From contig NC_068984.1 in assembly GCF_001194135.2 (NCBI RefSeq), positions 16,946,664 through 16,997,271 on the forward strand: a stretch of 50,608 nucleotides of DNA, read 5' to 3'. Positions 22,936 through 36,160 of the stretch are shown here, one piece after another. Source of the stretch: Octopus bimaculoides (taxonomy: Eukaryota). The translations under genes were made by a program, and so were the position numbers. Position 1 is the stretch's first letter. Every line of letters starts with the position of its first letter. The notes under the pieces are model-generated. The model was not told the DNA's origin and made no database searches. It saw nothing but the letters and a program-made list of their open reading frames with translations.

Positions 22936-23216
22936 CCACAACCACAACTTCAGCAGGTTTTCAAATATTGAAAAAGGAGTATATTTGGTTATATATATTA
23001 TAAAAGGAGTGATGCAAAAACCGTTTATGTCATTATGGGAAGAAGGATAAAACCTGATAAAAATAATATGTACTTTAACCGGAAAAAAAATCATTTTACT
23101 TAAATACTTTTTAATTTAAAACATCTCTTTCTTCTCCAACAAAACACAAGACACTTATAATTAAAATAAAAGCCGGAAATCTTTACTAAATGATTTCTGT
23201 TTAGTAAAATACTCAC

Positions 23217-23336
23217 TGTATTCCGAAATGCAACAAAACGTCTAGAAAGAGTGGTCGTACTGTCAAGAAGTGGATTTGTTTTGGTTTTTTCGTTTCTGAA
23301 CTTAACCAGCCGCTCTTCGATCGATAGTTGTTCCAT
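23217..23336 (-). CDS. SAYSD1: SAYSD1 exon 1 (40 codons; total 163 aa)
   Basis: MEQLSIEERLVKFRNEK...FRNT|gtgagt, a phase-0 donor compatible with exon 2. The E.RL..FR start resembles SAYSD1 N-termini. Confidence 0.8.
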
Positions 23337-24676
23337 TTAAAGTTGTTGATGTCTGTTATAGAGTGATATTTCTATGTTCAGCTGCATAACCAAAGAATTT
23401 CGTTTACCTCAGCTAAATAATCCTCTTGGTGACTAGTTAAATGTGGAAAAAGAAAATCAAAAAATCAAAATCAGAACGAGATTTTCAACAGAAACGGTAA
23501 CCTAAAGTTTCAACTCTTCACAACCTTTCAGGCAATGACGTGTCTTAAAATTACGGAGGAAACCTGTGGTTGTCTGACCTACTAAAAATAGCAGCCAAAT
23601 AATCACTAAAATCACAGCCTACAGTAAAAAAAAAGTACATGTTGGTCACAGTAGATTTGGATACCAAAAAGATGGGATGACCAGGGCTTTAATCATGGGT
23701 TTACAATCAAAGTTGACCTGGAGTTAAATAATAACTTTATTTAATCAATAGATACTCAATAATAAATTGTTATAGTATTTTATTGCTTATACTTCCTGTG
23801 GTTTCAATTTTTAGTGCTAAATAAAACTGACATACGCTACTAAATATAAATGAAGGCAATCTAATTAAGGATGTTTTACCACATAGCTTTTAAAGGTACA
23901 CTGATCCATTAACGTGAGAGTTCTTGGTAAGGAGGCAGGGTAGATAACTCAGGTGTTGTTGTTTAGCCCTAGGTCAGCTCTTTCCAGGAGCCCTATAATC
24001 AAAGGTATTCAGCCGTACCAATCACGATTTTTTTTTTGCATATATATAATTAACCATTAAAATTTTTCATTGTGATCGTTTATTGAAAGAAAAAAAAAAA
24101 AGACGATAGGGTATAATTTGAGAGAGCTATGACTGCTATTTCTAGCAGATCTGGTGATCCAGTAGAGGCTGATACAGAGGGATAATTCAGTTTGTTTAGT
24201 TACGTCACCGTAGCGACTCACACTACCGATTCAAACATTTTAAGCAAAACCGAACTTTTTTTTGGTCGATACCAATTCTTTCCTATCTATTCATTTTAAA
24301 ACATTGTCATAATGGAAAATGACACAACAACGGAAGAATCAAAAGATATACATGTTAAATAACAGTTTCCTACGGGTCTTTTTGATCTCTATTATTGTCA
24401 ATTGTTGCTACTACTATCACCATGGAAGCTAACTTTTTCAAGTTATTCCTCGCTAGTGTATCGTAATGCAAGCATTTGGCATCACCAATACAACTCTGCC
24501 AAACGGTATTTATCGTTTTCTGTTATCACAATTTATTGGAAATATCAGCTATTACAACTCCAATCTTTGAAAGTGCTAAATTTTATTTTATTTTACTCGT
24601 CTATTTTTGAAATGTTATATTTATATTACAATCTGTAGTCGGCTTTTTTTTTTGGCTTCTTATTTAATTGAATATC
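23337..24676. promoter_or_regulatory. Putative bidirectional promoter region, SAYSD1 / DNAJC27
   Basis: Head-to-head ATGs 1.34 kb apart, CpGs retained, CRE-like TGACGT at ~23536 and TTACGTCA at ~24200. Confidence 0.5.
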
Positions 24677-25483
24677 ATGGAGAATACATCGCATAATAAG
24701 CCTTCTAGGCTTCGGATTAAACTTATTACGATGGGAGAGACAGAAGTTGGTAAAAGTTGTGTAGTAAAACGTTATTGTGAAAGAAGGTTCGTACATAAAT
24801 ATTTAACGACGATCGGAATTGATTATGGTGTGACTAAAGTGCAAATTAAAAATCGGGATGTTCGCTTGAATATATTTGATATGGCAGGGCATCCGATGTT
24901 TTATGAAGTGCGCAACGAATTTTATAGAGATGCTCAGGGAGCATTATTAGTGTTTGATTTGTCTAGAAGGTGTACATTTGAGTGCCTTGATCAATGGCTA
25001 ATAGAAATGAAGAATGAAATGACCAATACGAAAGATGTGAACAATATGGTTGTATGCGTATGTGGAAACAAAGTTGATAAAAGACGAGTTGTAAATGAGT
25101 TAGAAGGACGTTTATGGGCCGACTCTCACGGCTTTCATTATTTTGAAACTTCTGCACAAACCGGAGAAGGCATTATTGAAATGTTCAATACTCTTTTAGG
25201 AGATATAGTTGCCACTATTGAGAATGGAGGTACTAAAATTCCTTTGGATACCCAATTGGGTTTCACAAAAGATCAAGTGGACTTGATACATCGTTTAAAG
25301 AATGCTAAATATGACCATGAACAACTCGGTGTGCATCCGAATGCAGTAAAAGAAGATATCAACAAAGCTTATCGCCGATTAGCCGTACTTCTTCATCCCG
25401 ATAAAAACATTGCCCCTGGTAGTGAAGAAGCCTTTAAAATACTGGTAGCTGCTCGTTCATCAATGTTAAAACGTTGTCTATAG
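24677..25483 (+). CDS. DNAJC27: DnaJ homolog subfamily C member 27 (RBJ; RJL GTPase + J domain), single coding exon, 268 aa
   Basis: G1 GETEVGKS, TIGIDYG, G3 DMAGH, G4 NKVD, G5 ETSA, then a J domain with HPD (LLHPDKN). First ATG at 24677 (the ORF track starts at a TTG). AATAAA at 25587. Confidence 0.95.
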   Translation: MENTSHNKPSRLRIKLITMGETEVGKSCVVKRYCERRFVHKYLTTIGIDYGVTKVQIKNRDVRLNIFDMAGHPMFYEVRNEFYRDAQGALLVFDLSRRCTFECLDQWLIEMKNEMTNTKDVNNMVVCVCGNKVDKRRVVNELEGRLWADSHGFHYFETSAQTGEGIIEMFNTLLGDIVATIENGGTKIPLDTQLGFTKDQVDLIHRLKNAKYDHEQLGVHPNAVKEDINKAYRRLAVLLHPDKNIAPGSEEAFKILVAARSSMLKRCL

Positions 25484-28100
25484 AAATGGAATATTAGTAA
25501 GTTGGATGTGTTCTTCATCACCCCCACCGTCTTCGAAATGTCAAAGATATACCAAATGTCAAACAACGTTTTCGTCGTCATAAATGAATAAAAATAATGT
25601 ATTCTATAATTTATTCACAGTTTGTCCAAAATATCTATCTTCTGTTGATCTGAAACCTTTGTAAACCAAAATGCTGCCTATTTATGCATGGTGCCTGATA
25701 CCAACTTTTTAAATAATTTTTACATCAATATCTTGAGTGCGTGTGTTGTGAACGACGAGTTTAACGTAACCAACTGAAATTAACTTTTCCATTTTTTGAT
25801 GTTTCTTTTAGGTGGGAAACTTATGTCCATCAAATTATTTTATTTGGTTGTTACCTTTTTTTTAAAATATCACAAACCTCCTTGAGAAAATGAATCCCTT
25901 TTCTTCATCGGTCCTATTAAAACAACTTTTCACTTCTTTGTGCCATAGCCATTAAAATGAAAGTGAATTAATCAAATTATTTGGAGATCAATATCCCTTC
26001 TACCCTAAATCACATTTGATAAGTTATACCTATAAAAGTCAATTAAAGATAGTAATTACTTGAAAGCCCATCGCTGTTTAAGAACGAAACACCGAAATTC
26101 AGAAAACACAATTAGTACGTATAATTGTGTATGTATTTGTAATGAGCTGAATACAGCTTCTTGCATTCAGTGAGTCTTTAGGTATTGTAATTTTCAGGTA
26201 TACACAAAGGAGCCTGATTGTGTATTACTGGTATTGACAGTAATATATATCCATGACAGTTTTACTGCTAGTGATCCTTAAACATCTGAAAGACGAACTT
26301 AATTCAAATGCAAGTTCAATTGAAAATCGTGAAGCAAAAACTATGCGATCTTTTGTAAAACAACCGAAAATTGCGAATGAAAAAAAAAAAAAATGATGTG
26401 AGGGGAGCAGAGAGGTATTGTGTCAGAATATGGTTCTTATATGCCTGTCCCAAACATCTCTCACAAAGCTGACTTGACAATTTTTTATCATTTCAAGATA
26501 AAGTATCGATATTTTTCTGAAGAAACTGACCAAATTATGAGTCGTCTCAAACTTACGGTTTAGAATTAGTAGTCCAGCAAACAATATTTCTATTAAACCA
26601 AATATATTGTTTTAATTTAATGGTTATCATTCCAGGGTTATTGGATGGAAGAAATACCGTTGAACATGTGTTATTTAATTCAATCCAGCTGGGGTCTTAT
26701 TTTATCTTTTATCCTTCCAAGGTTGATAAAATAGTACTAGTAATGTTCTGGGATCACTTTTTTTTTTTTTTGCTATACCAATTCATTACAAATTTACACT
26801 CCTTGTGCATCATCATCATCACGTCTACTTTTCCATACTTGCATTGGTCATATGAAATGCATTGAAGCAGATTTTCTATGGCGAGATGCCCGTCTTGTTA
26901 CCAACCCTCACCTGTTTCCATTGATTATACTTACCTATTGTTTTTGCCACAAATGAAGTTCCTGTTATTAGTTTCTCCAATCTTGTAGAATTTGCTTTCC
27001 ATAATATTTATATTCCAATGATGAAATTGTTCTACTTTATAAATTGTGTTTGTAAATTGCTATAAATCTTTGAAACAGATGAAACAGTAACTGATGATGT
27101 TTAGGAAGATTTAGCTATGTTAATATTGGCTTAATGAAAAAGTTATCAATTTATGTGTGCATGTGTTGCTTTTCAAGTTTTTGTTTTTTTTTGTAACCAA
27201 ATTCTTCTTTTGAGTATTTACTATTTCATTGCTCTATCTCTTGTATTTACAATCATTATGAAGACATCTCAAGGCAGCAAGCTGGCAGAATCATTAGCAC
27301 ACCGGGTGAAATGCTTAGTGGTAAGAGAGGAGCACTAAACTTCTTTCCTATACTGCTATTCTAGGACATAAATAGGCATCAGGCGAAGAAACTGTGTGAT
27401 TAAGACCATGTAGTTCAAAGTTTGATCTTGTTGTGTATCACCTCAAGCCAGTGCCCTAGGACAAGATCCACAGCTTCTGCGGCCGAGTGAATATAGATAA
27501 ATTTGTTAATTTCTTTATCCTTATTTTTATTATACTTGGCTCTTCATTGTCATATGTCTGAAAAGCAGTAAAATTTATTCAAATTTCAAAAATGGTAAAT
27601 GAAAGTTGTAGAGGAAGAGAAGGGCTACAAAAAAAAAAAACATAAAACACTATGATAGAATTTTTTTTCGTGTTAATTCGAATGACATTGAAACAAAGAT
27701 TAAAATAAATGGAAAGAACAAAAGCATTTATCTGACAACCCAATGTTTAGTGTTTCATGTCAGTTGTAAGACATTGACTAGAAGCACTAAGCTTTACATT
27801 CAGGAGGCTATTTTATAGTTACACTTCCTAGACAAATCAGTCAGCTGTAAGAATCTGCTTCATTGGTCCTGCCAACTTTACCAGTTATATGTACATAATT
27901 AACAGATATTCAACAAACACAGACCTTGATTATTCTTTGATATTAAATGCCCCCCCCCCACTCAATTTTTAAAACCAGATTATTCTAGAATGCCTTGATT
28001 ATGGAGGTACTTCCTAGATTTAAAAAGCATTTCATTCTTTAAAAGTAAAAGATAGAATATTTTATATTGTGATAACCATTTAAAAAGCTCATAATGTACT

Positions 28101-28430
28101 TCAAAGTTTGATCTTGTGTATCACCTCAAAACCAGTGTCCTGGGGCAAAATCCACAGCTTCTGTGGCCGAGTGAAACAAAATCCTGAAATACCGTGATCT
28201 GTCGCCCAACTACATTTTCCATCCTGTGGCGTCCGAGACGTTTGATGGGCTCGGACCACTAACTGCGAGATTCCTGTTTTCACTGGCAACTCGCCTAGCA
28301 GAGGTAACTGGTGGGCCTTATTGAAGGCGCTTGGCTGTTCAAGTGCATCAGCCTCGCTATCACCCGTGGCAACGCTGCAAGCATGTTGCTATGCCTCAAT
28401 ATCCATTTGACAGGTTTCCCAGCGCCCCCA
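28101..28430 (+). mobile_element. 3' fragment of a REL-endonuclease (CRE-like) non-LTR retrotransposon
   Basis: AE*NKILKYRDLSPNYIFHPVASETFDGLGPLTARFLFSLATRLAEVTG, frameshift, then EGAWLFKCISLAITRGNAASML. This is the K..KY / F.P.A.ET.G / IS.AI.RGNA pattern. Confidence 0.75.
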
Positions 28431-28569
28431 ACTTTTCAACCCAAAGTGGTGAATTGTTTTTCTTTTTCTTTTTAATTTTAAAAAATTGTGTTCTCTGTTT
28501 TGTCCAATTTTCTAATTTAATTTTGTAAAACGGTAAACACTGTGAAGGCAATAAACTTTAGATATGAAC

Positions 28570-28740
28570 CAGTAGTTCCCAACCTTTTCAAAGTGATTCC
28601 CAACCCTTTTATTTAAATGACTTTTCCCATGGACCCCTTTTAATATGCTTATCCTTATGTATATATAGGTATATGAAATTTTGAATTTAGTTCACGGACC
28701 CCCAGTACTAACTTTGCGGACCCCAGGTTGGGAACCACTG
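28570..28740. mobile_element. hAT-like MITE (171 bp)
   Basis: TIRs cagtagttcccaacc / ggttgggaaccactg. Confidence 0.75.
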
Positions 28741-29339
28741 AGATAAACCAATGTTTTGTGAGTAAAATTTGCTTGTATATTTGTGTATACCGGTGTAAAG
28801 ACCTTGTATAGTGAAGACCACTAAAGGGAAGCAATTCTCTTAAGGCCCATAAACCATGCAAATTCAGCTATAAAGAGATCAATATAATGAGTTTTAAACT
28901 AAATACTAGAGCTGATATTATGACTAAATACTTTTAAAAGTGCTGTCTTGGTGTAGCTGCAGTCTAGTGATTGGAATCAGTAAAAGAATATAGTATTATT
29001 TATATTTTTCTTTTACTTTTTAAGTATTTTATTGAAAGTATTTTATTCTACATCTGTGACCTGGTCACTGATAAACTATTCACTGTATCTCTTGGTCAAA
29101 TCCCTTGTCAAGTAAGTAACATCTCCCTTCTGCAACCCAGTCACTGATACAGTTCCATTGCCTCTGTTGAAAATCAGTTGCGGGTCAGTTTTTATAAACC
29201 TTTCTGTTTTTTTTTCTTCTTTCCTTTTCATTTTCCTGTTACTCTGCAAAGAAGCTTTGCAAAAGTTACATGACAGAGCATCTGTGATAGCATTAAGAAA
29301 TCTAGGATAATGTAAGATTTCGCAATAGAATGACATGAC

Positions 29340-29445
29340 AGGATGAAAGGCAAAGTTTACCTCAGCAGAGTTTGAATTCAGACGAAATGTTGCTAAGCAT
29401 TTTGCTTGGCATGCTAATGATTCAGCCAGTTCACCACCTTTCATA
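29340..29445 (-). mobile_element. tRNA-derived SINE head, family C
   Basis: Reverse complement of gaaggcggcgagctggcaga...ttcaaattccgccgaggtc seen at 41515. Confidence 0.65.
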
Positions 29446-31889
29446 TATATTTCATATTCATGTCAAGATATTAACAAAAGGCAATTAACTAAAACTATTT
29501 AAAAACGTTTTCCAATATTCTTTTACTGGTTTCTCTCATTGAACTGTGGCCATACTACAGCACCACTTTCAGTGCTTTTAGTTGGTTATATCAATCTCAC
29601 TACTTATTTCAGTCTAATATTTTGTAAATAATTGAATAATCCCCCATAATATTATTTAAATTTCAGTTATTCAATAAACTCAATTTCAGCATGAGTTACC
29701 TAGACCATGCTGATCTAGGTAACTCCTTATTTGTTAATTAGTTCATACAGACAAAATTAAATAACTTCAACACTTTAGATTGGCAGGATTGGTAATGCTT
29801 TGAACAAAATGGCTGCAGTATTTAATTATGGGCCTTTATATTCCAAGTTTAAACACTACCAAGATCAACTATGCTTTTTACTTTTCCAAATTTGATGAAA
29901 CATGATACCAGTCAAGTATTGGAGTGAGTGAAACTTCCTTGATGTGAATGAAATTACTAAGTTACTGTTGTTCTGAATATGATAAGCGACTAAGTTACTG
30001 TATATTATTAGCTTGTTAATCATCATTATCCTTTAATACATATCAAAATCTTAGATTTTTTTAAAGATAGAAATAGATTTTGTTTACTTTTATTGGAATA
30101 TAAAATATTGATTTCTAAAATAGCTGCAAGGCCTCAAATTTGGGTGGAGCGTTACTGTCAATTATATCAACCCTGATATCTTACTGGTACTTATTTTATT
30201 AACCTCAGTAGGATCAAAGGTAAAGCTACTGACCATATGAAGATTCAAAATTATATACTGTAATTAATTAGGTGTGAAATATTACAATTATAGTTTTAAT
30301 TAAATATTAACAATAATAGTGAATTTAAACAAGCATAATGGCAAAAGAAACCTAATGTCTCAGTCAAAGCTGTTAATGAAATTCATATTTAAAATTGTAT
30401 TGGAGAAATTTTAATTTTTGTTAGAAGCCTCTTGTGATTGAATGAAAATATTTAGTAACTCTTAATGAACTGTTGGGTCATATTTGTATATATATATATA
30501 TATATGTATCATAGACTACACTATTTATTTTAGATAATAAGGTGTCATTTGAAGATGTGGCTATTATTTCTAGCAGGTCCAGAGACTGTCTAGTTGCTCC
30601 CTTCAAATTTAAGGAAAATATTGATATCCAATTATAATTTTCTGTAATTTTCTGATTCACTAAGAATTCTACTGAAGATAATGGTAAACTTTCCATTTTG
30701 AAATTACAATTACTTTATATATTGGAGTGAATTAATATGGGTGTATTGATCTCAGTCTGTTAACTCTGGCAAGAATGAGTGGATGAGGTGAAATGGCTCT
30801 ATTAGTAAATCAGTCTGTATCCCAGCCTGAATATGATAAAACCTTATCACCACTCAACAATATTCTACTATTATTCCATTACATTTGTGTATGATATTTT
30901 CAGTAATTCCAATAGAAAATTATCACTTGCTTTAGCTGATAACCATTAATTAATTCACCGTTATTTAATTTCCAGTTTTTAAAATTTTTATTTTATACTT
31001 TAGAAGGACAATAAAAGTATTAGTAACCGACCAAGATTAGTTACTTTACTCCTTACAAAAATAGTAATTTTCCTAAATAAAACATAATAATTGTTATTGC
31101 AGAAGCTTGGAATACAAATAGAGAAAGAAAATAGTTTCTATTTCATAAAAAATATGGACATCTTCAAAAACATATGTTCACATCCCCCACTTTATGTCAT
31201 TCTTTAAGCCTCTTAATATTAACCTCCCAGAACTGCTTCATGTTGTATGACATAAACTTTACTGTCTTAAAGTGATCTAAATTAAAATGTTCCATCAGTG
31301 TTTCATGTTAATTTATATTCTAAACATCAGCTTAATACCAAAGTTATTCTGCTAAATTCTTCATTATTTTCAAAATTAATTGTAACAATGGCAGCGTATT
31401 TCATTAGAAATATAGTAACAAAAGGGGTTAAACTTTGTCTTAAATATAGTAACCTGACTCTCTTTTTTTTTCTCTTTTTTTTTTCTCTTTTTTTTTTGCA
31501 ATCTCTGGTTTAATTTATTTTCTGTTGATGTTGTTAAGCCCTAAAGTCTGCTCTGATTGAGTAGGTCTATGATCAAAAAATATTCCAGCCATGACCATCC
31601 CAACTATTTGTATATATCATAGACTACACTGTCCAATGTGCCTTTGTTTATTTAAGACAGTAGGGTGTGATTTGAAAATGTAGCTATTACTTCTAGCAAG
31701 CCCAGTGACTGTTTAGAAGCTCTCCTCAAATTTAAGCAAGATTTTAATATCCAGTTATCATTTTCCTATTATTTTCCACTTCACTATCAATTTTAAAAAG
31801 TTAATAGTGAACTTTCATGTTTGAAATTGCAATTACTTTATGTATTAAAGCAAATTAACAAGAATTAATGTACCATCTAGTCATTACTC

Positions 31890-32305
31890 TTTTACCTGTT
31901 TCAGTCATTTGACTGTGGCCATGCTGGAGCACCGCCTTTTTAGTCGAGCAAATCGACCCCAGGACTTATTCTTTGTAAGCCTAGAACTTATTCTATCGGT
32001 CTCTTTTGCTGAACCGCTAAGTTACGGGGACATAAACACACCAGCATCAGCTGTCAAGCAATGTTGGGGGGGGACAAATACAGACACGCAAACATATATA
32101 CACACCACACACACACACATACATATGTATATACATATATGCGACGGGCTTCTTTCAGTTTCCGTCTGCCAAATCCACTCACAAGGCTTTGGTCGGGCCG
32201 AGGCTATAGAAGAAGACACTTGCCCAAGGTGCCATGCAATGGGACTAAACCTGGAACCATGTGGTTCGTAAGGAGGCTACTTACCACACAGCCACTCCTA
32301 CACCT
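31890..32305 (-). mobile_element. tRNA-derived SINE, family A, near full length
   Basis: Closest to the window consensus, with an internal (CA)/(TA) microsatellite. Confidence 0.85.
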
Positions 32306-33387
32306 ATAGATTTTGTATTCATGTATTATGTCAAAGGAAAAAAAATCAACATGTCAGCCGCCATCAGTTACGGAGTGATTGACTCCAGCCATAAATCATA
32401 AATATTGGGGACTAAGTGAAGTAAAATATCTTGATTGGGAATGAAACCTGACCCAACACAGAGAACTTGCTTACACTCTACAGCCCCTCACATATATTAG
32501 AATAATTATAACAATTAATCTATCATTTGAGCTTCTTTATTTTTACATATTCTTTACATTGAAATCCTGATTGACATACCGAATTTACTTCTGTTTAAGT
32601 TGTACCCCTAATTTAGTATTAAACCTTGGTACAAAATTCTTTTCCCTTCATAGTTTTAATTTTGCCACACATATAAGTCGAACTCTAGTTTTTTCGTTTA
32701 AAATCAACTATAAAACAGTGAGGCTTATTCATGAGTAAACATAATACGTTTCCAATCTTGGTGTTGTGCAAATTTCTTGGGGAAAAAATGCAAGTCTACA
32801 AAAACTATCATTTTTTGCTTCAAATAAAATATATCAACTCTTGCAGGACAAAAATAAACGATTTGCAGTAAATGGTAATATTTTAGTGACTTTTTTTTCC
32901 ATAACAAATTTATTTGTTTGTATCTTATGAGAATTCCAGCTAATCAACCAAATATGTTTTGTATTTCTTTCTAAGTTAATTATAACTTTCCGTTAATTTT
33001 TAAACTGTCAACGATCTACGAAAATTTTATATTTATATTTCTAATATTTATATTTTTGCATGAAATTAACACTTGAAATAAAAAAAAGTCTTTTTTATCA
33101 GTTTTGGTTGTTTTATTTAATTTTTCTGTATTTTTGTATGATTTAGTTATTGTCACATTCATGTATAAATGGTGTCACAATAATGGTGCTGATTGTTTTT
33201 CAGAATTCCTCCTCTGTGTTAGAGTGTTGTTCAAAGATATGGAAGATGCACCCACTTTCCCATTCGATAATGCATTAAAAAAGAAGATTTATATGTAATA
33301 AGTAAATCTTCATGGAAGAACATTCATAATTCATTTGCCTGTCATTGAGCTGTGTCTTATTGCTCTCTTTTAGTGCTGCTGCTACCA

Positions 33388-33775
33388 AAGTGGCCCAGTG
33401 GTTGGGGCAGCGGACTCGCGGTCATAGGATCGCGGTTTCAATTCCCAGACCGGGTGTTGTGAATGTTTATTGAGCGAAAACACCTAAAGCTCCACAAGGC
33501 TCCGGCAGGGGATGGTGGCGAACCCTGCTGTACTCTTTCACCACAACTTTCTCTCACTCTTACTTCCTGTTTCTGTTGTGCCTGTAATTCAAAAGGTCAG
33601 CCTTGTCACACTGCGTCACGCTGAATATCCCCGAGAACTACGTTAAGGGTACACGTGTCTGTGGAGTGCTCAGCCACTTGCACATTAATTTCATGAGCAG
33701 GCTGTTCTGTTGATCAGGTCAACTGGAACCCTCGACGTCGTATGCGATGGAGTGCCAACAACAACAACAACCACA
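33388..33775 (+). mobile_element. tRNA-derived SINE, family D, (CAA)n tail
   Basis: tRNA-like head ggcccagtggttggggcagcggactcgcggtc...ggtttcaattccc. Second copy at 41897-42290. Confidence 0.8.
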
Positions 33776-34409
33776 GTGGCATAAACCTTATGCCATCACA
33801 TCACAGATGGCTCTTGATTATCCTGTAGATGAAGGAAACATCTACACAATGTTCTGAGGAAGGACACTGGAGTAGTTTTTATTTCATTTCATAAAAGAAG
33901 GCATGAAGCCTAAGAATATTTTCTAAAAATGTACTTAGTCCAGATAACTAGTTTAACAACGTTATGCAGAGTTAAGTACCTTGTCAGAAGCAGACCACAA
34001 GTATCAGAAATAGGATTTCTTCTGCATCAGTAACAGAAAGTAAATCATCAAATGACTGAAAGTATCAAGGAGGAGATGCTGGATGTTTACTTGCAACCAA
34101 TTTCAGACAAAATAGATGAATAAATAAATGGACAAGAGATAAAGATATAGATATATCTGTTGTGGGAAGTGACTAATTAATGATTATATTATCAATCCAT
34201 CTTTGGCAATATGTTTTTCTCTTCTAAAGAAAGAAGTATTGATTTTTTTTCTTTGTCCATTGGCACATAAATACAGACTTATGATTATGACCGGAAAGTA
34301 TTTTATATATTTCTGGTTGCTCTGCTCTTTATTGTTCATTTCCCAAACATTCAGCAACTTCAGTTACTTCATTAAGTATATCATGTCTAAAGTAATAAAT
34401 TTATGTTAT

Positions 34410-34860
34410 TGATAATAATAATAATAATAATAATAAAATTATTGTGTATGGTGCTCAGGTGCACTACAACTCATCAAAGGTGCATGTACAGTACATAGAA
34501 TTATGTGCAAAAGTCAGGAAAGTGAACAGTGTATGAGTTATGATATACATGTGTGCATGTGCAAGGAGATGGGGATATCAGGTATAGTGTTGGCAAATTT
34601 CAGGACGCTTGGAGGTTTTAAAGGATGCAATGTCTCAGCAACTAACACCTGATGCAGGTAGTTTGTTCCATGCTTCAGCAACTCTGAGTGTGGAAAAATG
34701 TTTCTGAAAGTCATGGGAGCTGTGCTGTTTTCTGGCTTTGTAGGTATNNNNNNNNNNTGTGCTGTTTTCTGGCTTTGTAGGTATGCCCATGTGTGTTTGA
34801 CACATGGAGCTCAAAAAGGTGTTCAAGGTGGTTGTTGGCATGATGGTTAATAATTTATGC
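34410..34860 (-). mobile_element. CR1/L2-like LINE 3' end with (TTA)n tail
   Basis: Minus strand encodes HFSTLRVAEAWNKLP (F...RV...WN.LP motif). Homologous to 44105-44335 and 49900-50520. Confidence 0.6.
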
Positions 34861-34879
34861 TATTGATATTAATATTTAT

Positions 34880-35075
34880 ACAAGATAGTGAACTGGCGTG
34901 AAATACTTAGTGGTATTTCATCCGTCTTTATGTTATGTTCAAATTCTGCTGAGGTCAACTTTGCCTTTCATCTTTCAGGGTCGATAAAATAATACCAGTA
35001 ACACACTGGGGTTTGATATAATTGACTTACCTACTACCCTGGGATTGCTGGTCTTGTGCTAAAATTTGAAATTGA
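34880..35075 (+). mobile_element. SINE, family C
   Basis: gttcaaattctgctgaggtcaactttgcctttcatc...taccagtaacacactggggt. Confidence 0.65.
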
Positions 35076-35119
35076 TATTAATATTTATACAATATTAGGG
35101 TATTATAGATCTGTTTCAT

Positions 35120-35370
35120 GAAGGTGTGTGGCTTAGTGGTTAGGGTGTCAGTATCATGATCGTAAGATTGTGGTTTCGATTCCCGGACCAGGCGACATGT
35201 TGTGTTCTTGAGCAAAACACTTCATTTCACATTGCTCCAGTCCACTCAGCTGGCAAAAATGAGTAACGCTGCAATGAACTGGCGTCCCATCCAGCTGGGA
35301 AACACATACGCCATTGAAACCAGGAAACTGGGCCTATGAGCCTGGCTAGGCTTTAAAAGGGCACAAAAGA
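35120..35370 (+). mobile_element. tRNA-derived SINE, family E
   Basis: tggcttagtggttagg...ggtttcgattcccgg head followed by gtgttcttgagcaaaacact and gctccagtccactcagctg. Confidence 0.6.
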
Positions 35371-35894
35371 TAGAAAAAGAAAGATCTGTTTCAGCTGATT
35401 TTACCAATTGGTTTCACTCACGAGTTAGGGGGAAATCCAAACTGGTGCTTATCAGAGGGGCTGACACAAAAAGTATGGTAACAACTTTCTATTGGTCTAA
35501 GGGTATAATTCTCACTTGGGGTGCAAAAGGTCCTGAGTTCATTTCCCAGATAAGCTTGATGCAATTCTTGGAACAAATGTTATTAATATTACATAAAAAA
35601 TGTATTTCCAATTTTATTTTTAAATATTTAAAATTTTATGAAACGGAGCAAAATAAATTAAAATTCTTGCTCAGAGATGAACTTCTTTAATCGTTTGTTT
35701 CAGACATTAGACTGTGACCATCCTGGGGCACTGCCTTAAAGAATGTTTTTTTTTTTTTTTTTTTAGTTGAACAAATCAACCTCAGTACTTTTTTTTTTTT
35801 TTAATTCTGGTAATTTTTCTACCATTCTCCAACTTCCAAATATTTTTTTATTACTGTTTTCATTATATCTGACATTTAATGAAATGTGAAATTT

Positions 35895-36160
35895 CTATAG
35901 AATGTTATCTTCTGCTGTTTCAGTTTTAGTGCTCACTGTTAAAGAAATGTATCTTTTAGATTTGTGACCAACTATTGTTGCAACAACAAGGAATAAAAAT
36001 GATACTATTTGTATGATAGTTAAGAGAATAAAAAATCTGAGTCTAAATTCATTTAAGTTATACATCATGCAGGCACCAGTGTCTCGACAAGGTAGGAGAC
36101 CCCATTTAATACAGGTGTTGTCTACCAGCATACCAAATAGTGGCGGTGCAGGAATCCATC
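35895..36160 (-). CDS. SLCO: SLCO/OATP organic anion transporter, last coding exon
   Basis: ttcag|(G)WIPAPPLFGMLVDNTCIKWGLLPCRDTGACMMYNLNEFR...*, the OATP TM11-12 motif IP.P..FG..+D..C..W...C...G.C..Y; phase 1. Confidence 0.92.

Noticed and set aside
33388-33460. tRNA-like heads here and at 35120, 41515 and 41897 as tRNA genes
   Set aside because: No complete cloverleaf. They continue into multi-copy SINE bodies with simple-repeat tails.
34720-34780. Short direct duplications here and at 39545-39610, 41590-41760 and 41960-42000
   Set aside because: Each straddles a 10-N gap, which indicates unmerged contig overlaps rather than biology.
35445-35690. 81-aa plus-strand ORF downstream of the SLCO stop
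   Set aside because: No recognisable domain, AT-rich composition and no splice support; likely chance.
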